A DNA stretch of 64,000 nt from the human T2T-CHM13v2.0 reference genome, Homo sapiens (GCF_009914755.1 NC_060933.1), one strand, 5' to 3'; counted from the stretch's first letter, positions 14,413 through 34,369 are shown. Numbers and translations: made by a program. Notes: generated from the sequence alone by a model not told the origin.

Positions 14413-16443
14413 TTAAATTAAAGAGAGAGAGAAAAATACAATAGATCTGAATAAATAAGAATTTTAAAATTTCACTGGAGTCCGGGAGTCTCTAGAACAT
14501 GATGTGGACTCCCTCTGCTGGTTCCTAGTAGCAGCAGTTCCATGACATCAACAAAAATCCCTGACAAAGGAGCAACGGAAGCCAAAGGGCTAATCTAAAT
14601 TCATTTCTATTTAGATTAGGGGATGTTTCATAGTGGATCTGACTATGGGTCAGTCAAAGGCAATACTAAAAATGATTGCGTTTTTACTACAACTACGAAA
14701 AAAGTAACCAGCATATTGTAAATCTCTGTGCGAATAGTGGGATAATTTAAAATTTATTTTCATTTGCAGTGCATTGTGTGGTTTTTAGCAGCATGTTATC
14801 TTTCCAAAATAGTCTTCTCTTAGTTTTCATCTGAGCTCAAATTAAGTTATTTTTAATATGGGCCCTTATAATTTAATGGAAAAATAAAGAGGTCAACAAC
14901 CACAAGGGAATGTGGACCTATGATTAGTCCACAGAGCACACAAATCGCACATGGCTATGTGAGAGGAGAACAGAATGGTATTAGCTGGTTACTGCTGGGA
15001 AAGCTGTCACCACAACTTGCTTTTTACAATACTATAATTCTACGAAACTCATGTAACCTTTAGTTTGTCCTAAATATAACTAATAAACTAAAACAGAATC
15101 AGCAAGCTTTCAATTTCCAGTACTGGCAGAGTAGTCTGGTTGGTCTAATCCTGCCACAAATATAATACTAAAATATTAAAAATTCACTACTTAAAGGCAC
15201 TGGAGTCTGACCAGTATCAGGCAGAAACTGCAACTGGTGAGATTTGGGAACTTGTGGCCTTTTGCCTGAAGCATTCCCCAATCCACTAACAGCTTGGTTA
15301 GCCTCACCTTACTAGCTTGAGGTGTCAGAGGAGAACTCAAGTTTAGGGCTGACAGAGTAGCAAAAAAATTAGGGGCAAGGCTTGAGGGAGAGGCAGAAGG
15401 AATAAAGCCCAATTCATGCATATAAAATCCACTCAAAGTTTCACTCACTGCTGAACTACACATATCCAGGGGAGATCCCAGGCAGCCCATCAATAAAGCA
15501 GCAGGTGGAAGCTGAAAAACACTGCAAGATTTCTGCCCAACACAGGAGAGACAAGAGTTTGGAGTTGAGTATGAGTTGAGTCAAGCTGTCTGCTAGAACA
15601 AAAATCACAATTTCAGAAGAATATAACAGAATCCAGAGTTTCCACAATGTCCAGTACCCAATAACAAATCACAACTTATAAGAAGAAAAAGGAAAACGTG
15701 ATGCATATGCACCAAAATGCTGTCAACAAAAACCAACTCCAAGATAACCCCAATGATATAATTAGCAGTCAAGGATTTAAAATCAGCCATTATAAATATG
15801 TTCAAAGACTTAAGGGAAAAAGACATAATAAATAAAAGGGGTATTTTAGCAAAGAAGTATAACTATGGAAAAGGACCAAGTGGAAATTCTAGAGCTAAAA
15901 AGTAAATTGAAACAAAATGTTCACTGGATTGAATGAACAGCAGATTGGAGATGGCAGAAGTTATTAAAGTTAGAGCATTAGAAATTATCCAATCAGAAAA
16001 ACACAGAAAAAAATATTGAGGAAAAATAAGCAGAGCCTTGGAGTATTTGAATAATGGATGGAAACATCCCAAATTTAGTGAAAGACATCAACCTACAGAT
16101 CCAAAAAGCTCAACAAACCCCAAACAAGAAAACCACCTCTAGGCATACCATAGTCAGACCACTGAAATACAAAGAGATAATCCTAAAAGCAGCCAGAGAA
16201 AAATAACACATTACATACAGGATAAGAACACCACCATTAAGAACACGAAAAGGCAAGCGAGACTGGGAGGAAATACGTGCAAAACATATCTGACAAAGGA
16301 CTTGTATCCAGACCGAAGAATGAAAACAAAACAACTTGCTAATAAAAGAAATAACCCAATTTTTAAAAAATGAGTAAAAGATTTGAACAAATACTTCATA
16401 AAGGAAGATTTACAATGGCCAATAAGTACAACGAAAGTGCTCA

Positions 16444-17232
<789 letters not shown>

Positions 17233-18346
17233 GTACCTGCAAAAGAGACTTATAAATGCTCATAGCAGCTTTATTCACAACAGCCAAAACTGAGACAACC
17301 CCAACGTTTACAAACAGAAGAATGAATAAACAAAATGTGATAAAGTCATACCATGGAATACTACTCCACAATAACAAGGAATGAACTACTGATCCATGCA
17401 CAATATGGATGAATCTCACAGACAGTATGGTCAATGAAAGAAGCTGGACCAAATGAGTATACACTTTAAGAGTCCATAAGTTTAAGACAAAACCAAGATT
17501 AAAAAAATCAGAACAGAGATGAGTAATTTAAAAATATGAAGATGGGTCAAACATACATAGAGTCAAACAGGAATTCAGACTTGATACAGAATGGAAATAG
17601 AGGCGTCCTTCAAGTAGTTAAGTGGTTAACTACTTGCCAAGTGAGATTCAATACTTTATAGAGAGTAAATTTTACTTTTATACACATTTTAAAATAAAAA
17701 CTCCTTGATAGCAGCAAATGTGTCTGACTTGATTTGTTTTGGAGCTATCTTAACACAGGTGAAATGTGTACAAAAGTTTTTACAGCAATGAAGATAAAGG
17801 CACAGATAATGTGTGATGACAATAAAACTTCTTTAAAAGTGGTTCTGATTTCAAGTAAAAGAGCAAGCGAACATAGATGTCAGAAGAGGCCATAAGGTGA
17901 ATAATGTGAATACAATTTCAATGTAAATAATCTTAAAATAGATTAAAATATAAGATTAATAATATAAAGGATGTTGTATATCTGATCCAATGTCAGATCT
18001 ACCATCATATGTTGCTTAACAACAGGGATACATTCTGAGAAATTCATTGTTAGGTGATTTTGTGTTATGCAAACATCAGAGTGTACTTACACAAACACAG
18101 ATGGTATAGCCTACTACACAACCTAGGCTGTACGGTACAGTCTGTTGCTCCAAGGCTACAAACGTGTACAGCATGTTACTGTACTGAATAGTGTAGGCAA
18201 CTGTAATACAATGCTAAATATTTGTGTATCTCAACATAGAAAAGGTACAGTAAAAATATGGTTTAGGGAACACTTATTCTATTTTATGAAATGAAGTGTT
18301 GCCTGATTCTAGAATCACAAATAAAGCCAATTGAGATCTTAAAATA

Positions 18347-18347
18347 C

Positions 18348-18400
<53 letters not shown>
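18347..18400. repeat. (CATA)n(CA)n microsatellite
   Basis: Direct reading. Confidence 0.92.
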
Positions 18401-18403
<3 letters not shown>

Positions 18404-18646
18404 TTTAAAAGACAAAAAATGGTATACCTGTATAGGGCATTTACCATGCATGGATGCATGGAGCTTTCAGGACTGAAGCTGCTCTGGGTGAGTCAGTGAG
18501 TGAGTTGTGAGTGAATGTGAAAGTCTAGGACATTACTATATAGTACTGTATACTTATAAACACTGTACACTTAGGCTGCACTAAATTTATTCAATTTTTC
18601 TTTCTTCAATAATACATTAACCTTAGCTTACTGTAACTTTACTTTA

Positions 18647-19015
<369 letters not shown>

Positions 19016-19160
19016 TTATTTATATCTTTATTCTAAAAGTTTTCTATTTTTAAAATTTTTAATTTTTTTTACTTTTTAAACTTCTTGTTAAAAATGAAGA
19101 CACAAACAAACACATTAGCCTAGGCTTACACAGGGTCAGGATTATCAAGATGTCACTTAG

Positions 19161-19804
<644 letters not shown>

Positions 19805-19886
19805 TAATCACAAACTAAAAGGAACAGCTAGCCTCCTTACAATGAAATGTTTGCTGTTTCTTAATCTCTTCAGAAAGATACATTTG

Positions 19887-20256
<370 letters not shown>

Positions 20257-20929
20257 CTAGTGCCTCAAGCATTTAATTAAATACGGCATTGTTTATTCTT
20301 GCAGATGTTCATACCATTTAGCATTACTGTCTTTAATAAACGTCATTAGGTTGTATTTACCAAATATATCAACCAATTGATAGAGTCAATATAATCATGG
20401 TGCTAGGAAGAAAAATCATTCATCTATGGTGTCTCTGCATTCGTCTAAAACACATACCCAAAAACTACTGTGTACACTGAAAGCTAAAAAAGGTAAAGGA
20501 GTACTGTATCTGCTCTGCACCATACACTGTGTAACATGCTCGAAATTAGTTCCTTTATTTATTTATCACCATTTTATAGATGAGGAAACCGTACCCAGGG
20601 TCATAGAGCTAGTAGGAATTATTTGGGCTGCTGGTTTCCAAACTTCGTGCTTTCGTACTAAATCCTGGGGAGATCCAAGATGAGCAAGACCCTAATCCTG
20701 CTTTCAGAAGGGAAAATAAAGTCTTATTCAAGCAACCATACTATTAATTAAAAAAAAAAAAAGCTTAACAAACCCGCTCTTTAAAAGGTGGGCACAGTGC
20801 CGGAGGCAAAGAATTGATTTCATTGGCAGCAAAGAGTGATGCCTTAGTCTAGGGAGCCCGGGAAAGACACAAGGGATAGAAAACAGACACCGGTTTTTAG
20901 TAAATGAATCGTTAGGTGTCTCCAGCGGC

Positions 20930-21737
20930 TGAAACACAGAGCGAGCAATGCGGGGTTAGGACTGGAGGACAACAGGGCCATCTTGTGACAGGGTAGACTG
21001 GCGTGCCAGAAAGGTCCCTGCCTACGGATGTGCAGAGCCGGCTGGGCCCGGGCTGTGAACGAGACGAAGGAAGCAAGTAGGAGCCAGAAATGTTAGGTGG
21101 CAAGGTCGGAAGGGAGGTCGCTGCCTGTAGCAACAAAGACGGCGGCGACAGGTTAGCACCGGAGCCACACTTTTCTATTGCCCGGTGCCTCCAGACTGTC
21201 GTACTTACCTGGGACCCGAGGACACCGGGACCGCCTCTCCTTACAATCGCTGCTCTTAAAGGGGGCGCGACCACTTAGGCAAGAGGAGCTCAACTCGCGG
21301 CACTACAACCTTCCCGCCCCCGCTGCGCTTCCGCCTCCTGACTGACGTGCGCCCCAGGGAGCGGAAACCCCGCCTCCCGCCGGGACCCAACGGCCACCGC
21401 CCGTCGTGATTCGCACTTTAGCGGCCACCTCAGTGCAGACGTCACTTTTTTTTCCAAAGAGTGACAGTCGAAGAGGCTCACGGGAGATGCAAACGGTACT
21501 TTTGGGGGCTGGGCCAGGGTGGGGCGTGGCCCGGGGCGGGGGAGGGGCGGGGCTGCCAGGCAGGGGCGGGACGGAGAACACCTGGGTCCCTAGCACCAAG
21601 ACTGGCTTTTTATTCATTGCCACCGCCTGGCCGGTCTTGCGACGGTGCGAGTCCACCTCGGCTGGGCCTCGGAGGAGGGGCGACTCTAGAAGCTAAACTC
21701 GCTTTCGAGCTTTAACAACCATCTCGGATTGCGCATC

Positions 21738-21745
<8 letters not shown>
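20930..21745 (-). promoter_or_regulatory. INIP: CpG-island, TATA-less promoter of INIP
   Basis: High GC/CpG; several GC boxes (GGGGCGGG, 21530-21570); CRE-like TGACGT (~21343) and GACGTCAC (~21439); ETS-like CTTCCG/GCGGAA; ACTACAAccTTCCC resembling a ZNF143/THAP11 element (~21302). Confidence 0.85.
21209..21330 (-). other. INIP: INIP non-coding exon 1 (TSS approximate)
   Basis: Consensus donor CCCAG|gtaagtac at 21209/21208 inside a CpG island, 1.4 kb upstream of exon 2. The 5' end is inferred from the promoter motif cluster. Confidence 0.8.

Positions 21746-21773
<28 letters not shown>
21740..21773. repeat. (CA)17 microsatellite upstream of the INIP promoter
   Basis: Direct reading. Confidence 0.93.
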
Positions 21774-21775
<2 letters not shown>

Positions 21776-22017
21776 TTCAGGAATATTTTTTGTCTACAGT
21801 TTACATAATTATACACAATGAAAGCACTGAATATGGAGGATTTTTATTACAGTGCAATAATCTGCATTTAAGAAGTGGATGTGCCACATCGCAGAACACC
21901 AAGTTGCCACTAGTGGGATCACCTGCTGCCCACCTGATTCCAGCACAGTAGATAGCTACACATTTGAATTAAAAGGTAATCGTATATTGACATGTGTTCA
22001 AATTGCACTCTTTTTAA

Positions 22018-22209
<192 letters not shown>

Positions 22210-23099
22210 TAAATCACAAATGTAAGCTCCCCAAGCGCCTCAAGCATTTAATTAAATAGAATGGATAATGAATTTGAACATATGTTTTTAATAATTGATG
22301 TTTGCTCAAGAGTAAAATGTTTATGATGCACAATTTTCTTGTGCATGGATCAATGACTGAAATAATCGTTTCAATATCAAGTATTTATTTACTGAAAACC
22401 AAGCATGTATTTACTCTATACCAAGCAGCTATTGAGTGCCTTCTACAATGCGAGGTGCTTCCTGTGCATCAGCTCTGGTCCTGCTGTTCCCTGATTTATA
22501 TTTGAGACTCATGTTTCTTGCTCTATGTCAAGTAGCGAGCTAAGATTCAAATTTAAAGATCTGCCAGATGCTAAGGCCTGAGTTCTTAAATCTCACACAT
22601 TGCCTCTGCTCTGGAGGAATGAATTCCTCTGAGACCAGTTCTTGCTGACTTGACTTTAATCCAGATATAAAGCCTAACACATGAGCATTTTGATGGTAGG
22701 CCAGGAGTCCTTTCAGTTAAGAGGACTTGGTGAGTTCTAGTATGACTAAAAAGATGACTGAGATCTATATGGCTGATAGAACCTTAGAATTTTTTTTTGT
22801 TTTGTGGCCTAGCTAATATAGAAACTAGGGCACAGAAAGTTCCAGTCTAAGTTTCAAATGGACATTCTGAACAAAGCTTATTTAAGGAGGTGGGAGTAAA
22901 AACAGTTCTAACCCTAAACAACATTTTATAATTTCTTAGCAAATTCAGCCTCTGAGAGTTGAAAGAACATTATCAGGAGAAAGATAAATTTAACTTGCTG
23001 CCAATTCTTTTGCCTTTTACTTGGTAGGTCATAGCCCTTGAAACCCTTCTGTCTTCTCCTAGAGTTTTTGGAACTTCTGCCTCATTGTGTTAACCTCTA

Positions 23100-23300
23100 A
23101 CACAGTGGTTAATAGTGAGTCAGTTTACTTGAATGCAAATTCGAGCTTTGCCACTTAATGATGGTGAGCCCTGGTTTAACCTTTTGGTGCCTCTGTTTTG
23201 TCATCTATAAAATGGGAATAAAAATAAGTGATTGGGTATACGTAAATCACTTAGAATAGCACCTGGCACATAATAAGAACTCAATAAATGTTGACTATTA
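23100..23300 (+). mobile_element. MIR
   Basis: TTTAACCTT..GCCTCTGTTTTGTCATCTATAAAATGGGAATA..CACTTAGAATAGCACCTGGCACATAATAAG..TCAATAAATGTT. Confidence 0.75.
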
Positions 23301-23363
23301 GAATATAAACAATGAACAATCTGTTTTACTGGGTGTCTTGGCAAGTGGTCAGTAGATCAGCTG

Positions 23364-23688
23364 AGCCTGGGTGTGGTGGCTCATGCCTGTAATCACAGCA
23401 CTTTGGGAGGCCAAGGCAGGAGGATTGCTTGAGACCAGCCTGGGCAATATAGTGAGACCTCATCTCTAGAAAAAAATCTAAAAAATTTGCCAGGTACGGT
23501 GGTGCGTGCCTGTGGTCCCAGCTACTTAGGAGGCTGAGGTAGGAGGATTGCTTGAGCCCGGGAGGTCAAGGCTACAGTGAGCTATGATTGCGCCACTGCA
23601 GTCCAGCCAGGGCAACAGAGCAATAGACCCTGTCTCCAAAAAAAAAAAAAAAGAAAAAGAAAAAGAAAAAAAAAAAAAGAAAAAAAAC
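23364..23688 (+). mobile_element. AluJ
   Basis: Alu with A-rich tail; tcagctgag flanking repeat. Confidence 0.85.
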
Positions 23689-24264
23689 GTCAGCTGAGAA
23701 ATATACTAGGGGAAAGTCCAAGACAGAAGGAGTGCATGTTATAGCCCCTTGGCTCTATTAACTGATAGCTGTCTGTGAATTACTTTATCCTGAAACCACT
23801 GTGGTTACAGACCTTCAGTATCAAGGTAGAGTTGACAGTAGTTCCTAATTTCCAACTGAAACCACTCTAACCTCCTTTTCTGGTATTTTGTGATAAAGTA
23901 TTTGGGGATCCGCATGAGGCTAGACAACCTTTAAAATCAAGTGTGTAGCAGTTTGAGACAATTACTGTATTAGTTATCTATTGCTGTGTAACAAATTACC
24001 CTGAATCTTGGCAGTTTAGAACTTGGGTTTAGAACCTGGCCCTGCACTTACTGGGTGAACACTTAGACAAGTTATTTGTCTGTTCCTCAACCTCCTTATC
24101 TGTGGAAAGGGGTATTAAAAGCACCTACCTTATGCCATTGTTTTAAAGATTAAATAAAATCAAACCAGATGCCTCATACCTATAAGCTATTATTTTCTAT
24201 TAAACATTAACTCATTAGAGTATTAAAACAATATGAAACATCATGAAGATTTTGTACAACCAAA

Positions 24265-24700
24265 TGTGGTGGCCTCCAAGATGGCCCTCCTGTTGTCATC
24301 CCTTCCCACATTGAATAAACTTGACCCAAGTAACCAATGGGATATTGTGGAAGTGTCAGTATGTGACACTGATTGCAGTTGCTACCTTGGCCTCTTTTGG
24401 GTCACTTGCTCTAAGGAAGCCATGTATATGTCATGAGGTCACTAAAGCAGTCCATTTGGAGAGCCCAATAAAGAGGAACTGAGGCAAGCCTTCCACCAAC
24501 AAACCAGCACCAAGTTGCCAGTCAAGTAGTGTTCCACCTTGGAAGTGGATCTTCCAGCCCCAGGCAGGCCTTCAGATGACTGCAGCTCTGGCTGACATCT
24601 TGATTGCAGCCTCGAAAGCAATCCTGAGCCAGAACCACCGAGCTAAGCTGTTCACAAATTTCTAATCCACAGAAACTATGTAGGATAGTAAATATGGCTT
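24265..24700 (+). mobile_element. MLT1F/G-type MaLR LTR
   Basis: TGTGGTGGCCTCCAAGATGGCCC..GCCTTCAGATGACTGCAGC..GAGCCAGAACCACCGAGCTAAGCTG. Confidence 0.72.
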
Positions 24701-24719
24701 GTTTGTAGTTGTTTTTGTT

Positions 24720-25003
24720 GGTTTTTGAGACAGAGTCTCACTCTGTCACCCAGGCTGGAGTGCAGTAGTGTGGTCTTGGCTCACTGCAACCTCTGCCTCC
24801 GGGTTCAAGCGATTCTCCCGCCTCAGCCTCCCAAGTAGCTGCGACTACAGGCACATGCCACCACACCCAGCTAATTTTTGCATTTTTAGTAGAAACGGGG
24901 TTTCACTATGTTGGCTAGGCTGATCTCGAACTCCTGACCTCGTGACCTGCCCACCTTGGCCCGGCAAAGTGCTGGGATTACAGGTGTGAAGCACCGCGCC
25001 CGT
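24720..25003 (-). mobile_element. AluS
   Basis: Antisense Alu. Confidence 0.88.
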
Positions 25004-25050
25004 CCAGACTAGCCTTTTTAAAAATAAACATTCAAGAATGTTCTAAAATA

Positions 25051-25347
25051 GGCCGGGCACGGTGACTCACACCTGTAATCCCAGCACTTTGGGAGGCTGA
25101 GGCAAGCAAATCACCTGAGGTCGGGAGTTCGAGACCAGCCTGACCAACATGGAGAAACCCCATCTCTACTAAAAATGCAAAATTAGCCAGGCGTGGTGAC
25201 ACATACCCGTAACCCAGCTACTCAGGAGTCTGAGGCAGGAGAATTGCTTGAACCCAGGAGTCGGAGGTTTCGGTGAGCCAAGATTGCACCATTGTACTCC
25301 AGCCTGGGCAACAAGAGGGAAACTCTTGTCTCAAAAAAAAAAAAAAA
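25051..25347 (+). mobile_element. AluSp
   Basis: GACCAACATGGAGAAACCCC diagnostic; TSD gttctaaaata. Confidence 0.88.
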
Positions 25348-25889
25348 GTTCTAAAATAAAATGTAAAAAACACCACAATGCCTTTTACCCCTCTCTGTAC
25401 CACTACCTTCTATGCAGAAGATTTCTGACCATTATTAGCCTTGGAGGATTATCTAATTAAGGGAGATGGTAGGATTCATTTAGAATGAATTCTCCACATG
25501 GGCAATGATATTATCTAGAATGATAAGAAGAAAGACTGAGCCAGGGGCCAAAGTCCTCCATGAATATGTCAGTAGATGACAGCAATGAGAAGAGGATAAA
25601 GATGGTATAACCAGATGTACCTGCTTCTAAAGATTTGGAGTTTTTACATGATGGAGGAAGATGTATAGTTTGGAATTGAGAGTGTGGATTCTGGAAATAC
25701 TGAAGCACCCTTCCCCTAACCCCATGCCATGATGTATGTGGTTGGACACAAGAGGATTTTCCACCTTACATGAACACAAGGGAAGCTATCCTTGAAGGAG
25801 AAGTGGGTTTTAGTTAAATCAGGAGGTAGACAGATGGTCTAATGGTACAGTGAAGAGGAACTTACTTATCATGGAAGGAAGACTTCTAG

Positions 25890-26750
<861 letters not shown>

Positions 26751-27034
26751 AAGTAAATAGATCAAACCCTAGTGTTTTCAATGAACTATGAAAAGGACTC
26801 ACTAAACTGCACTAAGCTGCTTGTGGAAAATGGCTGCAGGAGTGAAGTGTAATCCTTTATGTCATCTACTTCTAATTTGGTCACTTCTAAGGGACCAGGT
26901 TGCCAATAATGTTTTAGTATCCTCAAAGTACCTAGAAGAGTGCTAAGCAGGTATACCTGATGATTGGTCTTTAATGTAAACCTAATTAAAGCTGAAATGT
27001 GCCCTTTCATTCATTTATTCAATAAACAATGCTA

Positions 27035-28210
<1,176 letters not shown>

Positions 28211-28375
28211 GGGATTCAGTTTTAACATGAATTTTTGGAGGGAATGAAAACATTCATACCATAGCATTCTTCCCCTGATCCCCCATAATTCATGTCCTTC
28301 TCACATACAAAATACATTTATTCCATCCCAGTAGCCCCAAGTCATAACTCATTCCAGCGCTAACCCAAAAGTTTA

Positions 28376-28729
<354 letters not shown>

Positions 28730-29885
28730 TCAAAGTATAATTCATCTTGAGGTAAATTTCCCTCCAGCTGTGATCCTGTGAAATCAAACAAGTTATTTAC
28801 TTCCAAAATATGATGATGGAACAGATAATAGGATAGACATTCCCTTCCCAAAAGGGAGAAATAGGAAAGAAGAAAAGATCAACAGGCCCCAAGTAAGTCC
28901 AAAACCCAACAGGGCAAACAACATTAAATCTTAAGGCTTGGGAATAATCTTTGTTGACACCATGTCCCACCACCTGGACACACTGGAGTGGGGTTTGGGT
29001 GCCCAAGGCCCTGGGCAGGCCTGCCCCCATGGCTTTCCTGGGCACAGCCCATGCTTCAGCCCTTATGCATTGAAATAGCATGCCTGTGGCTCTCACAGGC
29101 TGACACTGCATACTAGTGGCTCTACAGTTCTGGGGTCTTGGGGTGGCCTCACTCCCACTAGGCATTGCCCTAGTGGGTACTCTCTGCCACATGGCTTCCA
29201 GCATGGCTCTGCTGCTGGGGCAGGTGTCTGCCTGGGTCCCTGGGCTCTCTAAGGCAGCCTTTGAAATCAGGATGAAGGAAGCCCTGCCACCACAGTTCTT
29301 GCACTCTGCACTCCTGTACAATTAGCACCACGTGGACACCAGCAAGGCTTACTGCTTGAGTGGCCTGGAGCAGTGGCCTGAGCCACACCTGGGCCCACTT
29401 GAGCTACAGCTGGGGCAGCAAAAAGTACTGCATCTGAAACTCTGCACAGTGAGCCTTCAGCCCGTATGGGTTCCCCAGGCCTTCTCCCCAAACTCTTCGG
29501 CCCTCAGTGTCCTAGCACTCTGGGCTTATGGTGGGAGGAGCAGCCTAAAAATTATCAGCAATGCTTTCAGGGTGATTCTCCCATTGTCTTGATGAATAGC
29601 ACCTGGCTCCTTTCTGTTCCTACTAATCTTGTTACCAAAGGTAGCTTGGCCACATCCTTGGTTTTTTTTCTCCTAAATATATTTTTTTATTCTTTACTTG
29701 GCCAGGCTGAGAATTTTCCCTATCTTTATATTATACTTCCCTTTTGATGATAAATTCCATTTTTAAATTGTTTCTGTCTTCTTGCATTTTACTATAAACA
29801 GTTAAGAGAAGCCACACAGCACCCTGAAATGAATGCTCTGCTGCATAGATATTTCTTCTGCCAAATATTGTAGTTCATCACTTCC

Positions 29886-30190
<305 letters not shown>

Positions 30191-30523
30191 TAAGTTCTGC
30201 CTTCCATGAAGTCCTGGGACACAAATATAATTCAGCCAAGTTCTTTGCCGTGTTGTAACAAGGATGACCTTTCCTCCAGTTTCCAATACTTTGTTCCTCA
30301 TTTCCATCTGAGACTTCATCTGAGTGGCCTTCACATCCGTATTTTTACCAACGTTCTGTTCACAACAACTTAAATAATATTTTATAAGATTCAGACTCTC
30401 CTACAGCTCTCCCCTTCTTCTAAACCCTCACCAGAGTCACTCTTAAGGCTCTGTTCATGGCAATACAAGCTTTTTCTTCAGCATTCACTTCAAAACTGTT
30501 GAAAGCCACTTCCACATTTTTAG

Positions 30524-31005
<482 letters not shown>

Positions 31006-31217
31006 TGAGGGAGGGCCTTCCTGCTGTTAACTCATGTAGGAGAAGAGCAGAAGAGAGTAAACCCATTCCCACAAGCCCCTTTATATAGTGGCATTAATTC
31101 GTTCATGACGGCAGAGCACCTGTGACCTAAACATCTCCCATTAGGCCCCACCTCCTAACACTGTTACATTGGGGACTAAGTCTCAACATGAACTTTTGGA
31201 GGGGACAAAAACATTCA

Positions 31218-31670
<453 letters not shown>

Positions 31671-31879
31671 TTATAAATTTAACAAATTTGCTAAAAGGCT
31701 CTTATTTAAGATTAATGACAAAATATCAGCCCTATGCTGCATGTTCCAAATCCCTGAGCATTCTTGAAGTTCCTCGATAGTTAATCAGTATCTTTTATTT
31801 AATACCCTTGAGCTAATTTTATTCAACCTGAACCTTAGGAAAGGACTGCGTACCTATGGTGACTAAAACTAAAGGTACT

Positions 31880-32635
<756 letters not shown>

Positions 32636-32652
32636 AGCTCAGAGCACATTAA

Positions 32653-32988
<336 letters not shown>

Positions 32989-33237
32989 TGACTTTTTTTT
33001 TAATTGGGGTTGCATTTTAATGAAATATTTCAGACTTATAAAAATACATAGCTAGCAATATAATAGACACCCTTGAACATACTGCCTAGCCTAAGAAATA
33101 AAACATTCCAAATCCATTGGAATCCTCCTGGACATCATTTCTCCATTGTGTTCCTCTCCCTCCACCTGGGAGGTAACCACTTCGCTGAATTTAGTTTTCA
33201 TTGTTCCAATACATATCTTTACATTTGTACTACATTT

Positions 33238-33545
33238 GGCTGGGTGCAGTGCCTCATACCTGTATTCCCAGCACTTTGGGAGGCCGAGGCAGACAGATCA
33301 CTTGAAGTCGGGAGTTTGAGACCAGCCTGGCCAACATGGCAAAACCTCGTTTCTACTAAAAATACAAAAAACTAGTCAGGCATGGTGGCAGACGCCTGTA
33401 ATCCCAGCTACTTGGGGGTTGTGGCAGAAGAATCGCTTGAACCCAGGAGGCAGAGGTTGTAGTGAGCCGAGATCGTGCCACTGCACTACTGCACTCCAAC
33501 CTGGGCAACAGAGTGAGACCCTGTCTCAAAAAAAAAAAAGAAAAA
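33238..33545 (+). mobile_element. AluS
   Basis: TSD atttgtactacatt. Confidence 0.88.
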
Positions 33546-33653
33546 TTTGTACTACATTAAATCCCTTAAAATTACATTGTTGTAAATGTTTTAAAACTTT
33601 ATAAAAATGCTGACATAATATATACATATAAATACTATATACATATATACACC

Positions 33654-33685
<32 letters not shown>

Positions 33686-33711
33686 CTATTTATCTATCTA
33701 TATATATATAC

Positions 33712-33955
33712 ATAGTCATCTCTTGGTACATGTGGGAGATTGATTCAAGGAGCCTCTCGTATACCAAAATCCGAGTATATTCAAGTCTGTTAGTCAGCCC
33801 TGAAGAACTCACGTATAGAAGTCAGCCCTCTGTATATACACGCGGGTTTTGCATACTATGAACACTGTAGCATCAATCTGCAGTTGGTTGTAAAACAATC
33901 CCTGTATAAGTGGACTTACATGGTTCAAGCCCATGATGTTCAAGGGTCAACCGTA
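33712..33955 (+). mobile_element. MER2-like Tigger element
   Basis: ..GATTGATTCAAGGA..ATACCAAAATCC..GTTCAAGGGTCAACCGTA terminus. Confidence 0.72.
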
Positions 33956-34369
33956 TATCCTTTTGCAATTTGCTTTCTTATTAAGGGCTTTCTACGTGCA
34001 AGGCACCATGTTGGGCAGTGTGGATGAAAAGACAAGTTAGATAACATTTTGCATTGACATTAGCTAATATTGCCTCTTAGAAGAGCTTAAAATGCAGTAT
34101 TTTACAGGTATTTTCCCTTTATTTTTAAATTTTAAAAAAATCTTTAGTTTTGTATTGGGCAGCCCCTGAATCAGAATAGGTTCAGAGAGGCCCCCTCACC
34201 ATTGTTGGAAAGGAAGCTTCCTGCTCAGTATCTACCTTCTAATACTTAAATGTGGGACTGTAGCTCTGAATTAATAACATGCTTGTCTCTCTTGCTGCCA
34301 CTTATGTAGCTTCTTTTTAGTATGTAGTTCTCCTAGAACATTTTAAAAGAAATCATCTATTTTGATAAA

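Noticed and set aside
12150-15100. Mostly repeat-poor intronic stretch that might hide an alternative INIP exon or enhancer
   Set aside because: I could not identify a convincing acceptor-donor pair or recognisable coding similarity. Conservation or RNA data would be needed.
20912-21715. ORFs of 60-120 aa across the INIP CpG island
   Set aside because: GC-rich artefacts. The INIP start codon is in exon 2 and exon 1 has no ATG.
21904-21922. Possible CTCF motif TTGCCACTAGTGGGATC
   Set aside because: Mismatches in the conserved AG(A/G)(G/T)GGC core make it too weak to call.
28797-29592. 174-aa and neighbouring ORFs in MST-int
   Set aside because: Degenerate MaLR internal sequence with broken frames; no intact retroviral protein is evident.
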